Under the pieces are notes generated by a model. The model was not told where the DNA came from and did not search any database. It worked only from the letters and a program-made list of their open reading frames with translations. Below are positions 46,781 to 57,507 of a stretch of DNA of 64,000 bases, in pieces. The stretch's first letter is position 1. The number at the start of each line of letters is the position of its first letter. A program made the translations under genes and the position numbers. This DNA comes from Minisyncoccota bacterium. GTDB taxonomy: Bacteria > Patescibacteriota > Minisyncoccia > Phycocordibacterales > DATDWN01. The stretch lies in the NCBI GenBank assembly GCA_041658985.1, contig JBAZZC010000001.1:65813-129812 (forward strand), read 5' to 3'.

Positions 46781-47419
46781 ATGGTAGTTTCTTCAAAAGC
46801 AACACAAGAGTTTGTTCCAATAAAAGAGGTGCGTGATGGCATCCTTGTTTTGAAAGATGGCTCAATGCGAGGAGTTGTTTTAGCATCTTCTTTAAACTTT
46901 TCTCTTAAATCAGACGACGAACGAAATGCTATTTTGATGCAATTTCAGAATTTTCTTAATTCCTTAGATTTTCCTGTACAAATCTCTATAGAGTCAAGAA
47001 GGTTAGATATAAGGCCATATATTGCACTTCTGGAGGAAAGGTACAAAGAACAAGTCAACGACCTGATGAAAATCCAAACTCAAGAATATATTGGGTTTGT
47101 TAAAAAGTTTACTGAAGACAACAACATCATGACAAAAAGTTTTTTTGTTATCGTATCATACGACCCAGCACTAATTAGTATCAAGGGAAGTGGACTGGGC
47201 AGACTACTAAAAAAGAAGACAACCGCAGAAGAACTGGAAAATAAACGGGTTAGTTTTGATGAAAACAGAACACAATTAGAACAACGTGTGTCTGTGGTAG
47301 AACAAGGTCTTTCCCAGTGTGGAATACGAGTAATACGATTAAAAACAGAAGAGGTGATAGAATTATTTTATAAAATATTTAATCCAGGAGACACAGAAAA
47401 ACCAATTAAAGTAAATTAA
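46781..47419 (+). CDS. VirB4-associated (TraC N-terminal-like) protein
   Basis: TQ.F.PIKE.RDG, LNF.LKS..E...I...FQ.FLNSLDF; located upstream of VirB4. Confidence 0.7.
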   Translation: MVVSSKATQEFVPIKEVRDGILVLKDGSMRGVVLASSLNFSLKSDDERNAILMQFQNFLNSLDFPVQISIESRRLDIRPYIALLEERYKEQVNDLMKIQTQEYIGFVKKFTEDNNIMTKSFFVIVSYDPALISIKGSGLGRLLKKKTTAEELENKRVSFDENRTQLEQRVSVVEQGLSQCGIRVIRLKTEEVIELFYKIFNPGDTEKPIKVN

Positions 47420-47423
47420 TTTT

Positions 47424-49235
47424 ATGGGAATACTTGATTTTTTAAAACCCAAGAAAACCGAACCAGAAATATCTACCATTCTCCCTCAAGAGATATATGA
47501 TTCTAATTCGCTAGAATTGAAAGACATTATCGCTCCCAGTGCTCTTAAAATAACTCCGAAGGAAATCAATTTGGGAGAAAAAGTCTTACGAAGTTTTTTT
47601 GTTATATCTTACCCGCGATACTTGGGAGAGAACTGGTTTGCTCCGATTATCAACCTAGACAAAGTTTTTGACGTTGCGATTTTTATATCACCGATTGAAA
47701 CTTCCCAGGTTCTTCGAACCTTTCAAAAAAAAGTGGCGGAGGTACAAAGCCAAATCAACACCCGAGAATCAAAGGGGTTGGTTAGAAACCCAATGCTTGA
47801 CACGGCCTATCAAGACCTAGAAAACCTGCGAGACCAACTCCAACAAGCACAGGAAAAACTCTTTGATGTTGGTCTCTACATCACCATATACGCCGAATCA
47901 AGCGCCGAACTTGATAAAATTGAGTCGGAAATCAAGTCAATACTAGAATCCAAAATGGTTTACGTTAAACCAGCTCTATTTCAACAAGAACAAGGGTTTA
48001 AAACAACTATTCCTCTTGGAACAGATGAATTAAAGGTTTATAGTAAGCTAAATTCATCTCCACTCTCATCTCTTTTTCCTTTTGTTTCGTTTGACCTGAC
48101 ATCAGACCGCGGAATATTGTACGGAATAAACAGGCATAACTCCTCCTTAATCTTATTTGATAGATTTAGTCTAGAAAACTATAATTCAATCACTTTTGCA
48201 AAGTCAGGTTCTGGAAAATCGTTTATGACTAAACTGGAAATCTTACGTACTTTAATGTTTGATTCCGACGTTATTGTGATTGACCCAGAAAAAGAATACG
48301 AGTACTTGGCAGAAGCGACAGGGGGCAGATATTTCAACATTTCTTTAAACTCGGAACACCATATAAATCCATTTGAATTAGCCCCTCCAGGTGAAGGTGA
48401 GTCTTTTGCAAACGTTCTTCGTCAAAATACTATTAATCTTGTCGGTCTGTTTCGTATCATGATGGGTGGGCTAAGCCAAGAAGAAGATGCTATTATTGAC
48501 CGAGCTATTTCAGAAACCTATGCCCTGAAAGACATCACCGCTGATTCTAATTTTGAAAATGTTGAACCTCCACTTATGTCTGATTTTGAGCTTGTTCTCT
48601 CTGGTATGGAGGGGGGAGATTCGTTGGCCCAGCGACTGACAAAATATACTCGTGGAACATGGTCCGGCTTTATAAACAGACCAAGTAATGTTGACATAAA
48701 CCAAAAGTTCATTGTTTTTTCTTTACGAGACATGGAGGATGAACTAAAACCAGTTGCAATGTATATCGTCACACACTATATATGGAACATGATTAGAAAA
48801 AAACTAAAAAAACGCCTCTTAGTAATTGACGAGGCTTGGTGGATGATGAAGTCCCCCGACACCGCTTCGTTTTTACTCTCTATGGCAAAAAGAGGGCGAA
48901 AATATTTTTTGGGTTTGGCTACAATTACCCAAGATGTTGATGATTTTATGAAATCAGAATATGGTGCTTCCATTATACGCAACTCTTCCATCCAAATACT
49001 TCTCAAACAATCACCTTCGTCAGTAGACCAGCTCCAAGAGGTTTTTAAACTCACAGATGAAGAAAAATACCTACTACTTGAATCTGATGTTGGCGAGGGG
49101 ATTTTCTTTGCTGGACTAAAACATGTGGCGATAAAAATCAAGGCATCCTACACAGAGGAGCAAATAATTACATCCGACCCATCACAAGTCTTGGCCATCA
49201 AAGCTGCAAGAAGAGAGTTGGAACAAAGTAGTTAA
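47424..49235 (+). CDS. VirB4-like secretion/conjugation ATPase
   Basis: AKSGSGKS Walker A, IDPEKEY, VIDEAW, RGRKY, TITQD. Confidence 0.9.
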   Translation: MGILDFLKPKKTEPEISTILPQEIYDSNSLELKDIIAPSALKITPKEINLGEKVLRSFFVISYPRYLGENWFAPIINLDKVFDVAIFISPIETSQVLRTFQKKVAEVQSQINTRESKGLVRNPMLDTAYQDLENLRDQLQQAQEKLFDVGLYITIYAESSAELDKIESEIKSILESKMVYVKPALFQQEQGFKTTIPLGTDELKVYSKLNSSPLSSLFPFVSFDLTSDRGILYGINRHNSSLILFDRFSLENYNSITFAKSGSGKSFMTKLEILRTLMFDSDVIVIDPEKEYEYLAEATGGRYFNISLNSEHHINPFELAPPGEGESFANVLRQNTINLVGLFRIMMGGLSQEEDAIIDRAISETYALKDITADSNFENVEPPLMSDFELVLSGMEGGDSLAQRLTKYTRGTWSGFINRPSNVDINQKFIVFSLRDMEDELKPVAMYIVTHYIWNMIRKKLKKRLLVIDEAWWMMKSPDTASFLLSMAKRGRKYFLGLATITQDVDDFMKSEYGASIIRNSSIQILLKQSPSSVDQLQEVFKLTDEEKYLLLESDVGEGIFFAGLKHVAIKIKASYTEEQIITSDPSQVLAIKAARRELEQSS

Positions 49236-49262
49236 TGGTAGCAAACAAACAAAAATAAGACC

Positions 49263-49961
49263 GTGAAAGAAACTACCAAAATAAATAGTTTACAAAATAT
49301 TCAAGACGGCTTTGAAAATGTTCCTGTTGTTAAAAATTTTAATGACATCCATCATGAAGTAAAAGAATCAAAAACAACAATAAAAGAGAGTGCTAAAATG
49401 ATAAAAAGTGAAACATCTCAGCAAATATTAGGTGGTATTCGTAGTGAAGGAACAAAGATTAAGAATAAACTCGAAACCTCTAGTGGAATACCCCTAACAG
49501 AAATTCAAGATAAATTTACTAAAGTTGGTCGTTTGATGAAAGACTCGGCGGCAAGATTTGAAAAAAGAAACAGGGTTACAGAAATAACTATTGTACTGAT
49601 GATTATGGTGGCTTTGTTTTATGATCTACTTCAGTTTCTTCTTGATTTGATACCTTTTGTTGGATGGATACTTTCTGGCCTTATTGGTATCTTTTCTTGG
49701 CTTACTTTTTATACTTGGACATCAATAAAAGGATGGGGTATGTCTGATTCTATTAAAAAGATTATAGTATCAAAAATTCTCCCGGCCATTGGTTGTGTGG
49801 GGGTCTTAAATATCGGACCAGAAATAACTGCCGGTGTTATTTTTACCATATTAATAGTTAAGGGGGAGGATGTTCTTTATAATAAATCTAAAGGTAGATT
49901 GGACAAAGAAGTATTGATTGAGGGCTCTAAGACATTGAATTATTTAAAGAAGTTGGTCTAA
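49263..49961 (+). CDS. membrane hypothetical protein
   Basis: C-terminal TMs including LIPFVGW. Confidence 0.65.
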   Translation: MKETTKINSLQNIQDGFENVPVVKNFNDIHHEVKESKTTIKESAKMIKSETSQQILGGIRSEGTKIKNKLETSSGIPLTEIQDKFTKVGRLMKDSAARFEKRNRVTEITIVLMIMVALFYDLLQFLLDLIPFVGWILSGLIGIFSWLTFYTWTSIKGWGMSDSIKKIIVSKILPAIGCVGVLNIGPEITAGVIFTILIVKGEDVLYNKSKGRLDKEVLIEGSKTLNYLKKLV

Positions 49962-50024
49962 TAAACAATTTTTATTGTGTATAAATACGTAGTGAAAGAC
50001 TGTTTGTGTGTTACAATAAAGTCA

Positions 50025-51029
50025 ATGAGGCTATCTGTTTTTATTTTATCGTTTCTTTGTATCTTTGGGTTTTTTGGTGTTGCAAATGCACAGCTTGGTT
50101 TACCACAAACAGGAGTAAATGTTGAATTAGTTCCAGAAAATCCAGGACCAAACGAGACGGTTTATGTTTCCCTTGTAAGTTATGCAACAAATATAAACTC
50201 CGCAAATATCACATGGAAAGTGAACAGCAAAACGCAAAAATCAGGAATGGGAGAAAAAACATTTAGTTTTACCACCGGGGAAATAAACACAACCACCACA
50301 TTAGAAATTGTAATAGAAACACAGGAGGGGGAAACTATAGAAAAAACGTTTAGAATAAAACCGGTTGGTGTTGATTTGATTTGGGAAAGTGAGGGTTTTA
50401 TGCCGCCTTTTTACAAAGGTAAATCTCTCTTTAGTCACCAAAACAAGATAACCGTAATAGCTCTACCACACATAACATCTGCTGATGGAACACAAATTGG
50501 AGCTAAAAACTTAATTTATACATGGAAAAAAAATGGTTCAACAATAGAAAGTGTTTCAGGTTTTGGTAAAAACATTTATTCTTTTGTTTCTTCTTTAATT
50601 TCAAGACCTTTTGAAATAAGCGTAGAGGTTACAACCACTGATAACTCCGGGGTTGGCTATGCAACTTTAAACCTTGCTCCATCAGAGCCTCTTATTGTTT
50701 TTTATAAAAAGAATCCAATATACGGTATAGAATTTCAAAAGGCTCTTTCTGGGGCAGAAGAACTCAAAAATTCAAAAGAGATAACCGTAGTCGGTGTTCC
50801 TTTGTTTTTTGGAATAACAAATTTAAACTCGAATGACTTGTCATTTAAATGGTTTGTTAACGGTTCCCCAATAAATAATGACCCAACACAGTCAATACAG
50901 GTTTTCAGACAACAAGAGGGAACGAGTGGTATATCAAACATTTCACTTTCAATAGAAAATAGTAAAAAAATACTGCAGTATGCTTCAAGTAATTTTAATT
51001 TAATATTCGGTGAAAATAGTAGCCAGTAG
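50025..51029 (+). CDS. exported Ig-like repeat protein
   Basis: Signal peptide; three beta-rich W-containing repeats; PPFYKGK. Confidence 0.7.
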   Translation: MRLSVFILSFLCIFGFFGVANAQLGLPQTGVNVELVPENPGPNETVYVSLVSYATNINSANITWKVNSKTQKSGMGEKTFSFTTGEINTTTTLEIVIETQEGETIEKTFRIKPVGVDLIWESEGFMPPFYKGKSLFSHQNKITVIALPHITSADGTQIGAKNLIYTWKKNGSTIESVSGFGKNIYSFVSSLISRPFEISVEVTTTDNSGVGYATLNLAPSEPLIVFYKKNPIYGIEFQKALSGAEELKNSKEITVVGVPLFFGITNLNSNDLSFKWFVNGSPINNDPTQSIQVFRQQEGTSGISNISLSIENSKKILQYASSNFNLIFGENSSQ

Positions 51030-51063
51030 CCAGTAGCTAGGAGCTAGGAAAATGTAAAGAATT

Positions 51064-51906
51064 ATGAAAACAAAACTTCAAAAAATAATCCTCTCAACAA
51101 TCATAGTAGTTATGTTGTTTTCTGGTTTTACAGTAGCACATGCTATAAATGACTACACTATTATTGCTCCGCTCCCAAAAATAAGTGGCCCTATGAAACT
51201 AGGGGATTATCTTCCCGCCGCTTTTAACTTATCTATAGGCATAGCCGCCGCTTTGGCTTTTCTTGTAATTACTTGGGGAGGTATTACTTATGCTACGTCA
51301 GATGCTATTTCAGGAAAACAACAAGGCAAAGAGTGGATAACAAACGCTATTTGGGGATTGGTCTTGGTTATTGGAGCATGGATAATCTTATCCACAATAA
51401 ATCCACAAATTCTCAGGCTTGATTTGATTCTCAAAAACCCATCAGTAAAAACCGGAGAGACCTTAATAAATGACGGAGTACCTCTAAATAAAGAGCAGTT
51501 GGCTAACGATACTGCTATTAGAAACAGTTTAAATGGGGTTATTAACGTAAACTCCCCTGCCTGTGTAACTGGGGCCACGCGAGGGTGTACAAACGTAAAC
51601 GGTCTTCCTGGTAATGCTATTACGGGACTGGTTAGTTTAAATAGTGATTGTGGTTGTAATATCACAATAACAGGAGGAACGGAGGGTGGACATAAAACTC
51701 ATGGGGTCGGTAAGCCTATAGTTGACCTAAGACCAGACGTCTACCTAAATAAATATCTCACTGGAAGCACAGACTTACCACAAGACGGAACATCTAAAAT
51801 TGTAAATCTTCCAAACGGACAACGAGCCTCATTTACCTATGAAGCCTTAGGGGGTAACACTGGTGGAACATCAACAGGAAAACACTGGCATGTAGTAATT
51901 GAATAA
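51064..51906 (+). CDS. VirB2/TrbC pilin-like N-terminus fused to a peptidase M15-like domain
   Basis: GGITY.TS....K..GK..I.NA..GL pilin motif; ITGGTEGGH..H..G..VDL and HWHV. Confidence 0.65.
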   Translation: MKTKLQKIILSTIIVVMLFSGFTVAHAINDYTIIAPLPKISGPMKLGDYLPAAFNLSIGIAAALAFLVITWGGITYATSDAISGKQQGKEWITNAIWGLVLVIGAWIILSTINPQILRLDLILKNPSVKTGETLINDGVPLNKEQLANDTAIRNSLNGVINVNSPACVTGATRGCTNVNGLPGNAITGLVSLNSDCGCNITITGGTEGGHKTHGVGKPIVDLRPDVYLNKYLTGSTDLPQDGTSKIVNLPNGQRASFTYEALGGNTGGTSTGKHWHVVIE

Positions 51907-51907
51907 T

Positions 51908-53127
51908 ATGTCAAAAAAACTTTTTATTATTATAATATCTGTAGTCCTTGCTTTCTTTTGATTAGCCTCATTGGTTACTATTTTATTCTTCAGAGTAATC
52001 AAGGTGAGCCAGGTAGTGGTAGTAGTATTTTTCAAAACTTCTTTCCCTTCGGAGGAAACGCCTCCGTGGAAACACCGATTGTAGAGGAGCCTCCTGTAAC
52101 ACCACCGACAATAAACATCACAAACTACACACAAAAGCTACGTAAATTATCCACGGAGCCAGTAGCTGGAGCCGGAGTTTTAGATGTTAAAGCTGGAACA
52201 ATTGTTAGGTATATAGAAAGAGCAACGGGACACATTTTTGAAACAGAACTTTTTTCACCAAACCAAAACCGCATCTCAAACACCACCATACCTTTTGTCT
52301 ATGATGCCGTTTGGGGAAACAAAAACAATTCTCTTGTTGCTAGATATTTAAAAGATGACAATCAAACAATTGATACTTATGGGCTTTTAATCAAAGAAGT
52401 CGCCACTTCTACAGGAGGTGTTGTTTCGGCCATAAAATTTCCAGAAAACTTGAGTGATGTTTCTGTTTTTGGAAGCAGTGTTTTTTCTCTGGAGCAAAAA
52501 GCTGGTTCTTCGGTGGGATATGTTTCAAATTTTGATGGTAGTAAAAGAGTTCAGATATGGAATTCTCCCATCAAAGAACTTCTGTCTCAATATGTTAATA
52601 CAAAGACGGTTGCCCTAACAACAAAACCCCATCAAGAGGTGAAAGGATTTTTGTTTTTTGTGGACACAGGAAACGCCCAGATTAAAACAATCCTTGGAAA
52701 TATTTTAGGACTTTCCACTTTAGTGAATGACTTAGCCACACAAGTTCTCTATCTTGACCAAGAGGACACACCTAAAATGTTTGTGTTTGATACAAAAAAC
52801 AAATCATCCGTTACTGTCACCCCAACAACATTTCCAGAAAAATGTGTTTGGAGTAAAAAAGATAGAAATGTTTTTTATTGCGCCGTACCAGAAAGACTTG
52901 TTGATAGAGAGAGTTTGACCTCTTGGTATAGAGGGTCTCTCTCTTTAGCGGACAACCTTTGGAAATATGACGTAAAAAACAATACCTCTAGTATGATTAA
53001 GGGTTTGTTTACTGAAAGTGGTGAGCAAATTGATGTTATAAAACCAATTTTATCGGAAAACGAGCAATACCTGATTTTTATAAACAAGAGAGACAACTCT
53101 TTATGGAGTTTAGACCTAACAAAATAA
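51908..53127 (+). CDS. membrane-anchored beta-propeller-like protein; apparent 1-bp frameshift near 51957
   Basis: MSKKLFIIIISVVLAFF from 51908 joins the 51958 frame if one T is added to the T-run; PEKCVW..YCAVP motif. Confidence 0.7.
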
Positions 53128-53140
53128 TTTTCAATTTTTT

Positions 53141-53863
53141 CTATACTACCGTAATATCTTTGTGATATTTCTTTTTAATATATATCTCCTGAACAATAGC
53201 AAAAACATTACTTGTAATAAAATATATAGCAATGGCTCCTGATATTGTATAAGCAATAAAAGTCATCAGTATCGGAAAAAAATATTTCATTTGTACGGCC
53301 ATGGCCTTGGCAATATCTCCTTGTGTTCCTGTTGTTTGTGTATTAGTGCCAGTTGTGTGACTTATCTGAAAGTAGGTTGTAATTCCCGCCAAAAGAGCCA
53401 AAATCATACTTTTCTCAGAGATGTTTATAAGACCGAGAAACATCATGTTTATAGCAATCGGCCCGCCAATAAACGAGTAGAGTAAAGCCGTGTTTATTTT
53501 AGGAAGACCAGATTTAATAAAGACTTGATATAAACCAATTAGAATGGGCAATTGAATTAATAGAACAAAAATCCCTGCAAACGGGTTAATACCTCGTTCC
53601 TTGTAATACTCCATTATTTTTTTTGACTGTTCGCTTTTGTCGTTTTTGTATTTTTCTTTTATTTGTTGTAAATCTTTTTCTGTACTTTTCATCTCTATTT
53701 GAGCCTTTGATGCTTTGATTGAGAGGGGAAGAATGATTATTTTTATGATAATTGTAAAGATAACAATTATGACTCCAGCATCAAAAAAAGGGAAAAGGTT
53801 CATCAAAAAAATAAATCCGTTATAAAACGGTTGAAATATAATTGTGTTGTATAGATAGGACAT
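53141..53863 (-). CDS. yidC: membrane protein insertase YidC (short form)
   Basis: PL..K, YKERGINP, LIQLPILIGLY; located downstream of rnpA. Confidence 0.92.
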   Translation of the reverse strand: MSYLYNTIIFQPFYNGFIFLMNLFPFFDAGVIIVIFTIIIKIIILPLSIKASKAQIEMKSTEKDLQQIKEKYKNDKSEQSKKIMEYYKERGINPFAGIFVLLIQLPILIGLYQVFIKSGLPKINTALLYSFIGGPIAINMMFLGLINISEKSMILALLAGITTYFQISHTTGTNTQTTGTQGDIAKAMAVQMKYFFPILMTFIAYTISGAIAIYFITSNVFAIVQEIYIKKKYHKDITVV

Positions 53864-53872
53864 GAAGATGGT

Positions 53873-53960
53873 TATAAAGTTTATAAGGTAAAAAGTTTAT
53901 AAAGTTTAGGGTTGTTTGTGTTTATTTTATGAACTTTATAGACTTTATGAACTTTCAACT
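53873..53960. repeat. periodic AAAGT/ACTTT inverted array (family F)
   Basis: ATAAAGTTTATAAGGTAAAAAGTTTATAAAGT...ACTTTATAGACTTTATGAACTTT; similar arrays at about 54317-54412, 54562-54650 and 57515-57597. Confidence 0.75.
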
Positions 53961-54307
53961 TATGATAACACACCAGACATAGAAAGTAACTCTGTAACAT
54001 CTTTCTCTAGTGTAGAAAAGGTGAGAAGTTCTGGTGTTTTTTTAAAAGAAAAAAGACAAAAGTAACCTGGTTTTATTTTTTTTAGATTTTTTAAAATTAT
54101 AGAATATCCTCTTCTTCTGTATTTGTTTCTGTCTACTGCTTTTTGACACACCTTCTTTGACACAGAAAAGGAAAACTTGCTGTCTGAAGCCCCGCCAGAG
54201 GAAATTGGCGCCACACACAAAACTAAGTTGGGGGAGTGAAATCGCCTCCCATTTTTAAGAATATTAGCAAATTCTTTTCTTAATATTCTCCTTCTTTTTG
54301 GGAGCAT
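53960..54307 (-). CDS. rnpA: ribonuclease P protein component
   Basis: SVSKKV..KAVDRN..RRR. Confidence 0.92.
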   Translation of the reverse strand: MLPKRRRILRKEFANILKNGRRFHSPNLVLCVAPISSGGASDSKFSFSVSKKVCQKAVDRNKYRRRGYSIILKNLKKIKPGYFCLFSFKKTPELLTFSTLEKDVTELLSMSGVLS

Positions 54308-54415
54308 AATTGAGTCAAAAGTTAAAAGTTTATAAAGTCTATAAAGAAAATCATTAAATTAGGTCATTTTTGACTACATTTTCAACCTTATGGACTTTAT
54401 GGACTTTCGACTTGT

Positions 54416-54553
54416 CTAGACTGTACTCAGTTTAGCTCTTCCTTTTCGTCTTCGTCTCAAAATGGTATTTCTGCCAGTTTTTGACTTATTACGCACCAAA
54501 AATCCATGTGATTTGGCTCGTTTTCTCTTTTTTGGTTGATATGTTTTTGACAT
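54416..54553 (-). CDS. rpmH: 50S ribosomal protein L34
   Basis: Manual translation [45 protein letters not shown] (below the ORF-track cutoff). Confidence 0.96.
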   Translation of the reverse strand: MSKTYQPKKRKRAKSHGFLVRNKSKTGRNTILRRRRKGRAKLSTV

Positions 54554-54649
54554 AATGAATAGTTATAAAGTTTATAAAGTTAAAAGTCTATAAAGTCAAG
54601 GCTGTTTTGTACTTACTTTACGAACTTTATGGACTTTATGGACTTTCTA

Positions 54650-54690
54650 CTGTTGTACACAACTTATACACATATTATTAACACATTGGC
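54650..54690. promoter_or_regulatory. DnaA-box cluster upstream of dnaA
   Basis: TTGTACACA, TTATACACA and TTATTAACA in tandem. Confidence 0.6.
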
Positions 54691-54739
54691 CGTTTTTTAA
54701 CAAGTACTATATTTCCTTATTACCTATATAATAAGAAAC

Positions 54740-56083
54740 ATGTCGACAAACAACAAAAAACTTTGGGACGGTGTGTTGGTAGAAATGGAACTAAGTCTCT
54801 CTAAGCCGAATTTTAATACGTGGTTTAAGGATACTTTTATAATAAGACAGGAAGAAGGGGCTATATATCTCGGAGTTCCAAACACTTTTGTACAAGACTG
54901 GCTTGGAAGTAAGTTCCACAACACCATACTAAAGGCTCTGCGAACCATTTCTCCAAGTATTCAGGCTCTTCATTATGTGGTCTCAAAAGAAAACATTGAA
55001 GAAAAAATTATTGTTGAAAAAACCCCACAAATGAACAAGGAGTTGCCAATGGCGGATATATATATAAACAAAGACGACAACCTTAATCCACGTTATACAT
55101 TTGAATCTTTTGTTGTTGGTCCGTTTAATGAATTGGCCCATGCTGCTAGCCAAGCCATAATTAAAAAACCAGGAATTGTTTATAATCCGCTTTTTATTTA
55201 TGGAGGAACTGGTCATGGAAAAACACATCTTATTCAGGCCATAGGAAATTATATTAAAAACACTGGCAACAAAAAGGTTTTTTACACTACCTCGGAAAAA
55301 TTTGGCCAAGAATATATAAACGCCCTTCAACTCAATAAACCAAATTTTTTCAAAGAAAAATATAGAAAATATGACGTTTTAATTATGGACGACATTCAGT
55401 TTTTCTCGGGAAAAATGAAGATTCAGGAGGAGATTTTCCACCTTTTTAATCATTTATACGACAACAATAAACAAATTATCTTTTCCTCAGATAAACATCC
55501 AGGATTAATCCAAGATTTGGAGGACCGCCTTAAGTCACGCTTTAGTGCTGGAATGATTGTTGATATTCCTGCCCCAGACAATGAGTCGCGTGCAGCCATC
55601 ATAAGAACAAAGTCCTCTCTGTGCCCCTATGTCCTGTCCAAAGAAATTATTGATTATTTGGCCTATTCCGTCGTTGGAAACATCAGAGAGCTTGAGGGAA
55701 TTGTTAATTCTATCGCTTGCCAAACCCAACTCAAAAACCGCGAGCTGTCTCTCGTTGAAGTAAAAAATCTTGTAAAAAACAACACTAAACCAAAAAAACT
55801 TGTTTCATCAAAAGAAATAATAAAAACTGTTGCTGAATTTTATAACATTGAAGAACACTTGATTTACGACAAAACCCGAAAAAAGGAAATAATAAAACCA
55901 CGACAAATAATAATGTACCTTCTCCGTGAAGATTTTAATATTTCTTACCCCGCCATAGGAGAGAAGCTTGGGGGCAGAGACCATACAACAGTTATGCATT
56001 CTTGTGAAAAAATAAAAAATGATATGAAATTGGATGAAATGTTGCTACAGGAAATTAATCAGCTTCGCTCTATCTTTGTTTAA
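54740..56083 (+). CDS. dnaA: chromosomal replication initiator DnaA
   Basis: LNPRYTF..FV, YNPLFIYGGTGHGKTHL, DDIQF, GGRDHTTVMH. Confidence 0.99.
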   Translation: MSTNNKKLWDGVLVEMELSLSKPNFNTWFKDTFIIRQEEGAIYLGVPNTFVQDWLGSKFHNTILKALRTISPSIQALHYVVSKENIEEKIIVEKTPQMNKELPMADIYINKDDNLNPRYTFESFVVGPFNELAHAASQAIIKKPGIVYNPLFIYGGTGHGKTHLIQAIGNYIKNTGNKKVFYTTSEKFGQEYINALQLNKPNFFKEKYRKYDVLIMDDIQFFSGKMKIQEEIFHLFNHLYDNNKQIIFSSDKHPGLIQDLEDRLKSRFSAGMIVDIPAPDNESRAAIIRTKSSLCPYVLSKEIIDYLAYSVVGNIRELEGIVNSIACQTQLKNRELSLVEVKNLVKNNTKPKKLVSSKEIIKTVAEFYNIEEHLIYDKTRKKEIIKPRQIIMYLLREDFNISYPAIGEKLGGRDHTTVMHSCEKIKNDMKLDEMLLQEINQLRSIFV

Positions 56084-56303
56084 ACTCGGGTGTATATTGT
56101 GTAGATAACAAGGGTAAAAGGTGTTGAGATGATGGTTATTTGAAAGGAGAAGTTAAAAATTAAATTTATTTATCCACAGTTTTAAAAAGTTTATTAACAT
56201 AACAAACACACAAAAGGTGGCTAAAAATAATAGTTTTGTAAGAATTTGTTGGTAAAAATGAGGGTATAATAGTAAAGTATTTAAAAAAATAAAAAATAAG
56301 GAA
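56084..56303. other. probable oriC segment (dnaA-dnaN intergenic)
   Basis: TTATCCACA at about 56170, TGTAGATAA at about 56100, TTATTAACA, AT-rich. Confidence 0.6.
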
Positions 56304-56309
56304 ATGAAT

Positions 56310-56409
56310 CCCGTTAGAAGTCTGCGAGGATTCAAACAACAGGAAAAGTTTATTAGAAAATTAATTTAAGTCGGGTCAAAAGGAAAATATGACCCCACTT
56401 CTAAACGGG
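56310..56409. mobile_element. family D MITE with ATGAAT target duplication at the dnaN start
   Basis: ATGAAT-CCCGTTAGAAGT...ACTTCTAAACGGG-ATGAAT. Confidence 0.85.
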
Positions 56410-57507
56410 ATGAATATAGAATGTATAAAGGAAAAACTATCTTACGCTATTTCAAAAGCTGAAAGAATAACAGGAAAGAACATCACCCTTCCTGTTTTAA
56501 GTTGTGTTTTATTGGAAGCACACGACTCTACTCTAACCATAAAAGCAACAAATTTAGACCTTGGGATAGAAATATCCCTTCCTGTGAAGGTAATAAAACC
56601 AGGAAAGGTGGCCGTGTCTGGTTCGGTTTTGTATAATTTTATCTCAAACCTAACAGATAAAAACATTGTTCTAGAAGTTGTTAATGAAAATCTTAAAATA
56701 TCAACAAAACACAATCACTCAACAATAAAAGCTTTTCCAACAGAAGACTTTCCAAATATTCCTAAAATCTCAAAAGAAAAGACATTTACTTTTAATGTCC
56801 CAGGTCTTTTAAAGGGCTTCAAATCGGTAATGTATAGTTCTTCTGTTTCAACAATAAGACCGGTTTTATCAAGCGTGTTTCTTTTTTCCGAAGAAGATGG
56901 GGTTGTTTTTGTTGCTACAGACTCTTTTCGTTTGGCTGAAAAAAGAATTGGTGTAAAAAAACACAAAGAGTTTAATCAAATTTTAATTCCCTTTAAAAAC
57001 GCCGGGGAAATAATAAGAACCCTGGAAGACATTAAAGATGATGTTGAGGTTTGTCTCAATGAAAACCAAATATCTTTTTCTTATGAAGGTCTTTATATTA
57101 CCTCACGAGTTATAGACGGAGTCTTTCCCGATTACAAACAAATAATTCCAAAAGAGATAAAAACAGAGGTAATTGTTTTAAAACAAGACTTAATTACCGC
57201 ACTTCGCATCTCTAATGTTTTTTCTGATAAATTTAGCCAAGTAACTTTTCGTATAAACCCAAAGGAAAAAGTTTTCGAAATAACAACTAAAAACGCAGAA
57301 GTTGGAGAAAACATAAACAACATTGATGCTGTTGTAAAAGGAGATGAGTTGATTATTAGTTTTAATTACAAGTATATAATTGACTGTTTTCAATCAATTG
57401 ATTCTGACAGCGTCTCGCTTTCTTTTTCTGACACAAACAAACCAGTGATTATCCAAGGGGTGGGGGACAAAAGTTTTCTCTATTTAGTTATGCCTATGAA
57501 TAAATAG
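56410..57507 (+). CDS. dnaN: DNA polymerase III beta clamp
   Basis: ATNLD, VATDSFRLA, G.FPDYKQIIP, YLVMPM. Confidence 0.97.
   Translation: MNIECIKEKLSYAISKAERITGKNITLPVLSCVLLEAHDSTLTIKATNLDLGIEISLPVKVIKPGKVAVSGSVLYNFISNLTDKNIVLEVVNENLKISTKHNHSTIKAFPTEDFPNIPKISKEKTFTFNVPGLLKGFKSVMYSSSVSTIRPVLSSVFLFSEEDGVVFVATDSFRLAEKRIGVKKHKEFNQILIPFKNAGEIIRTLEDIKDDVEVCLNENQISFSYEGLYITSRVIDGVFPDYKQIIPKEIKTEVIVLKQDLITALRISNVFSDKFSQVTFRINPKEKVFEITTKNAEVGENINNIDAVVKGDELIISFNYKYIIDCFQSIDSDSVSLSFSDTNKPVIIQGVGDKSFLYLVMPMNK

Noticed and set aside
39192-53127. Integrative conjugative element or prophage
   Set aside because: No integrase, relaxase, att sites or phage structural genes; composition matches the backbone.
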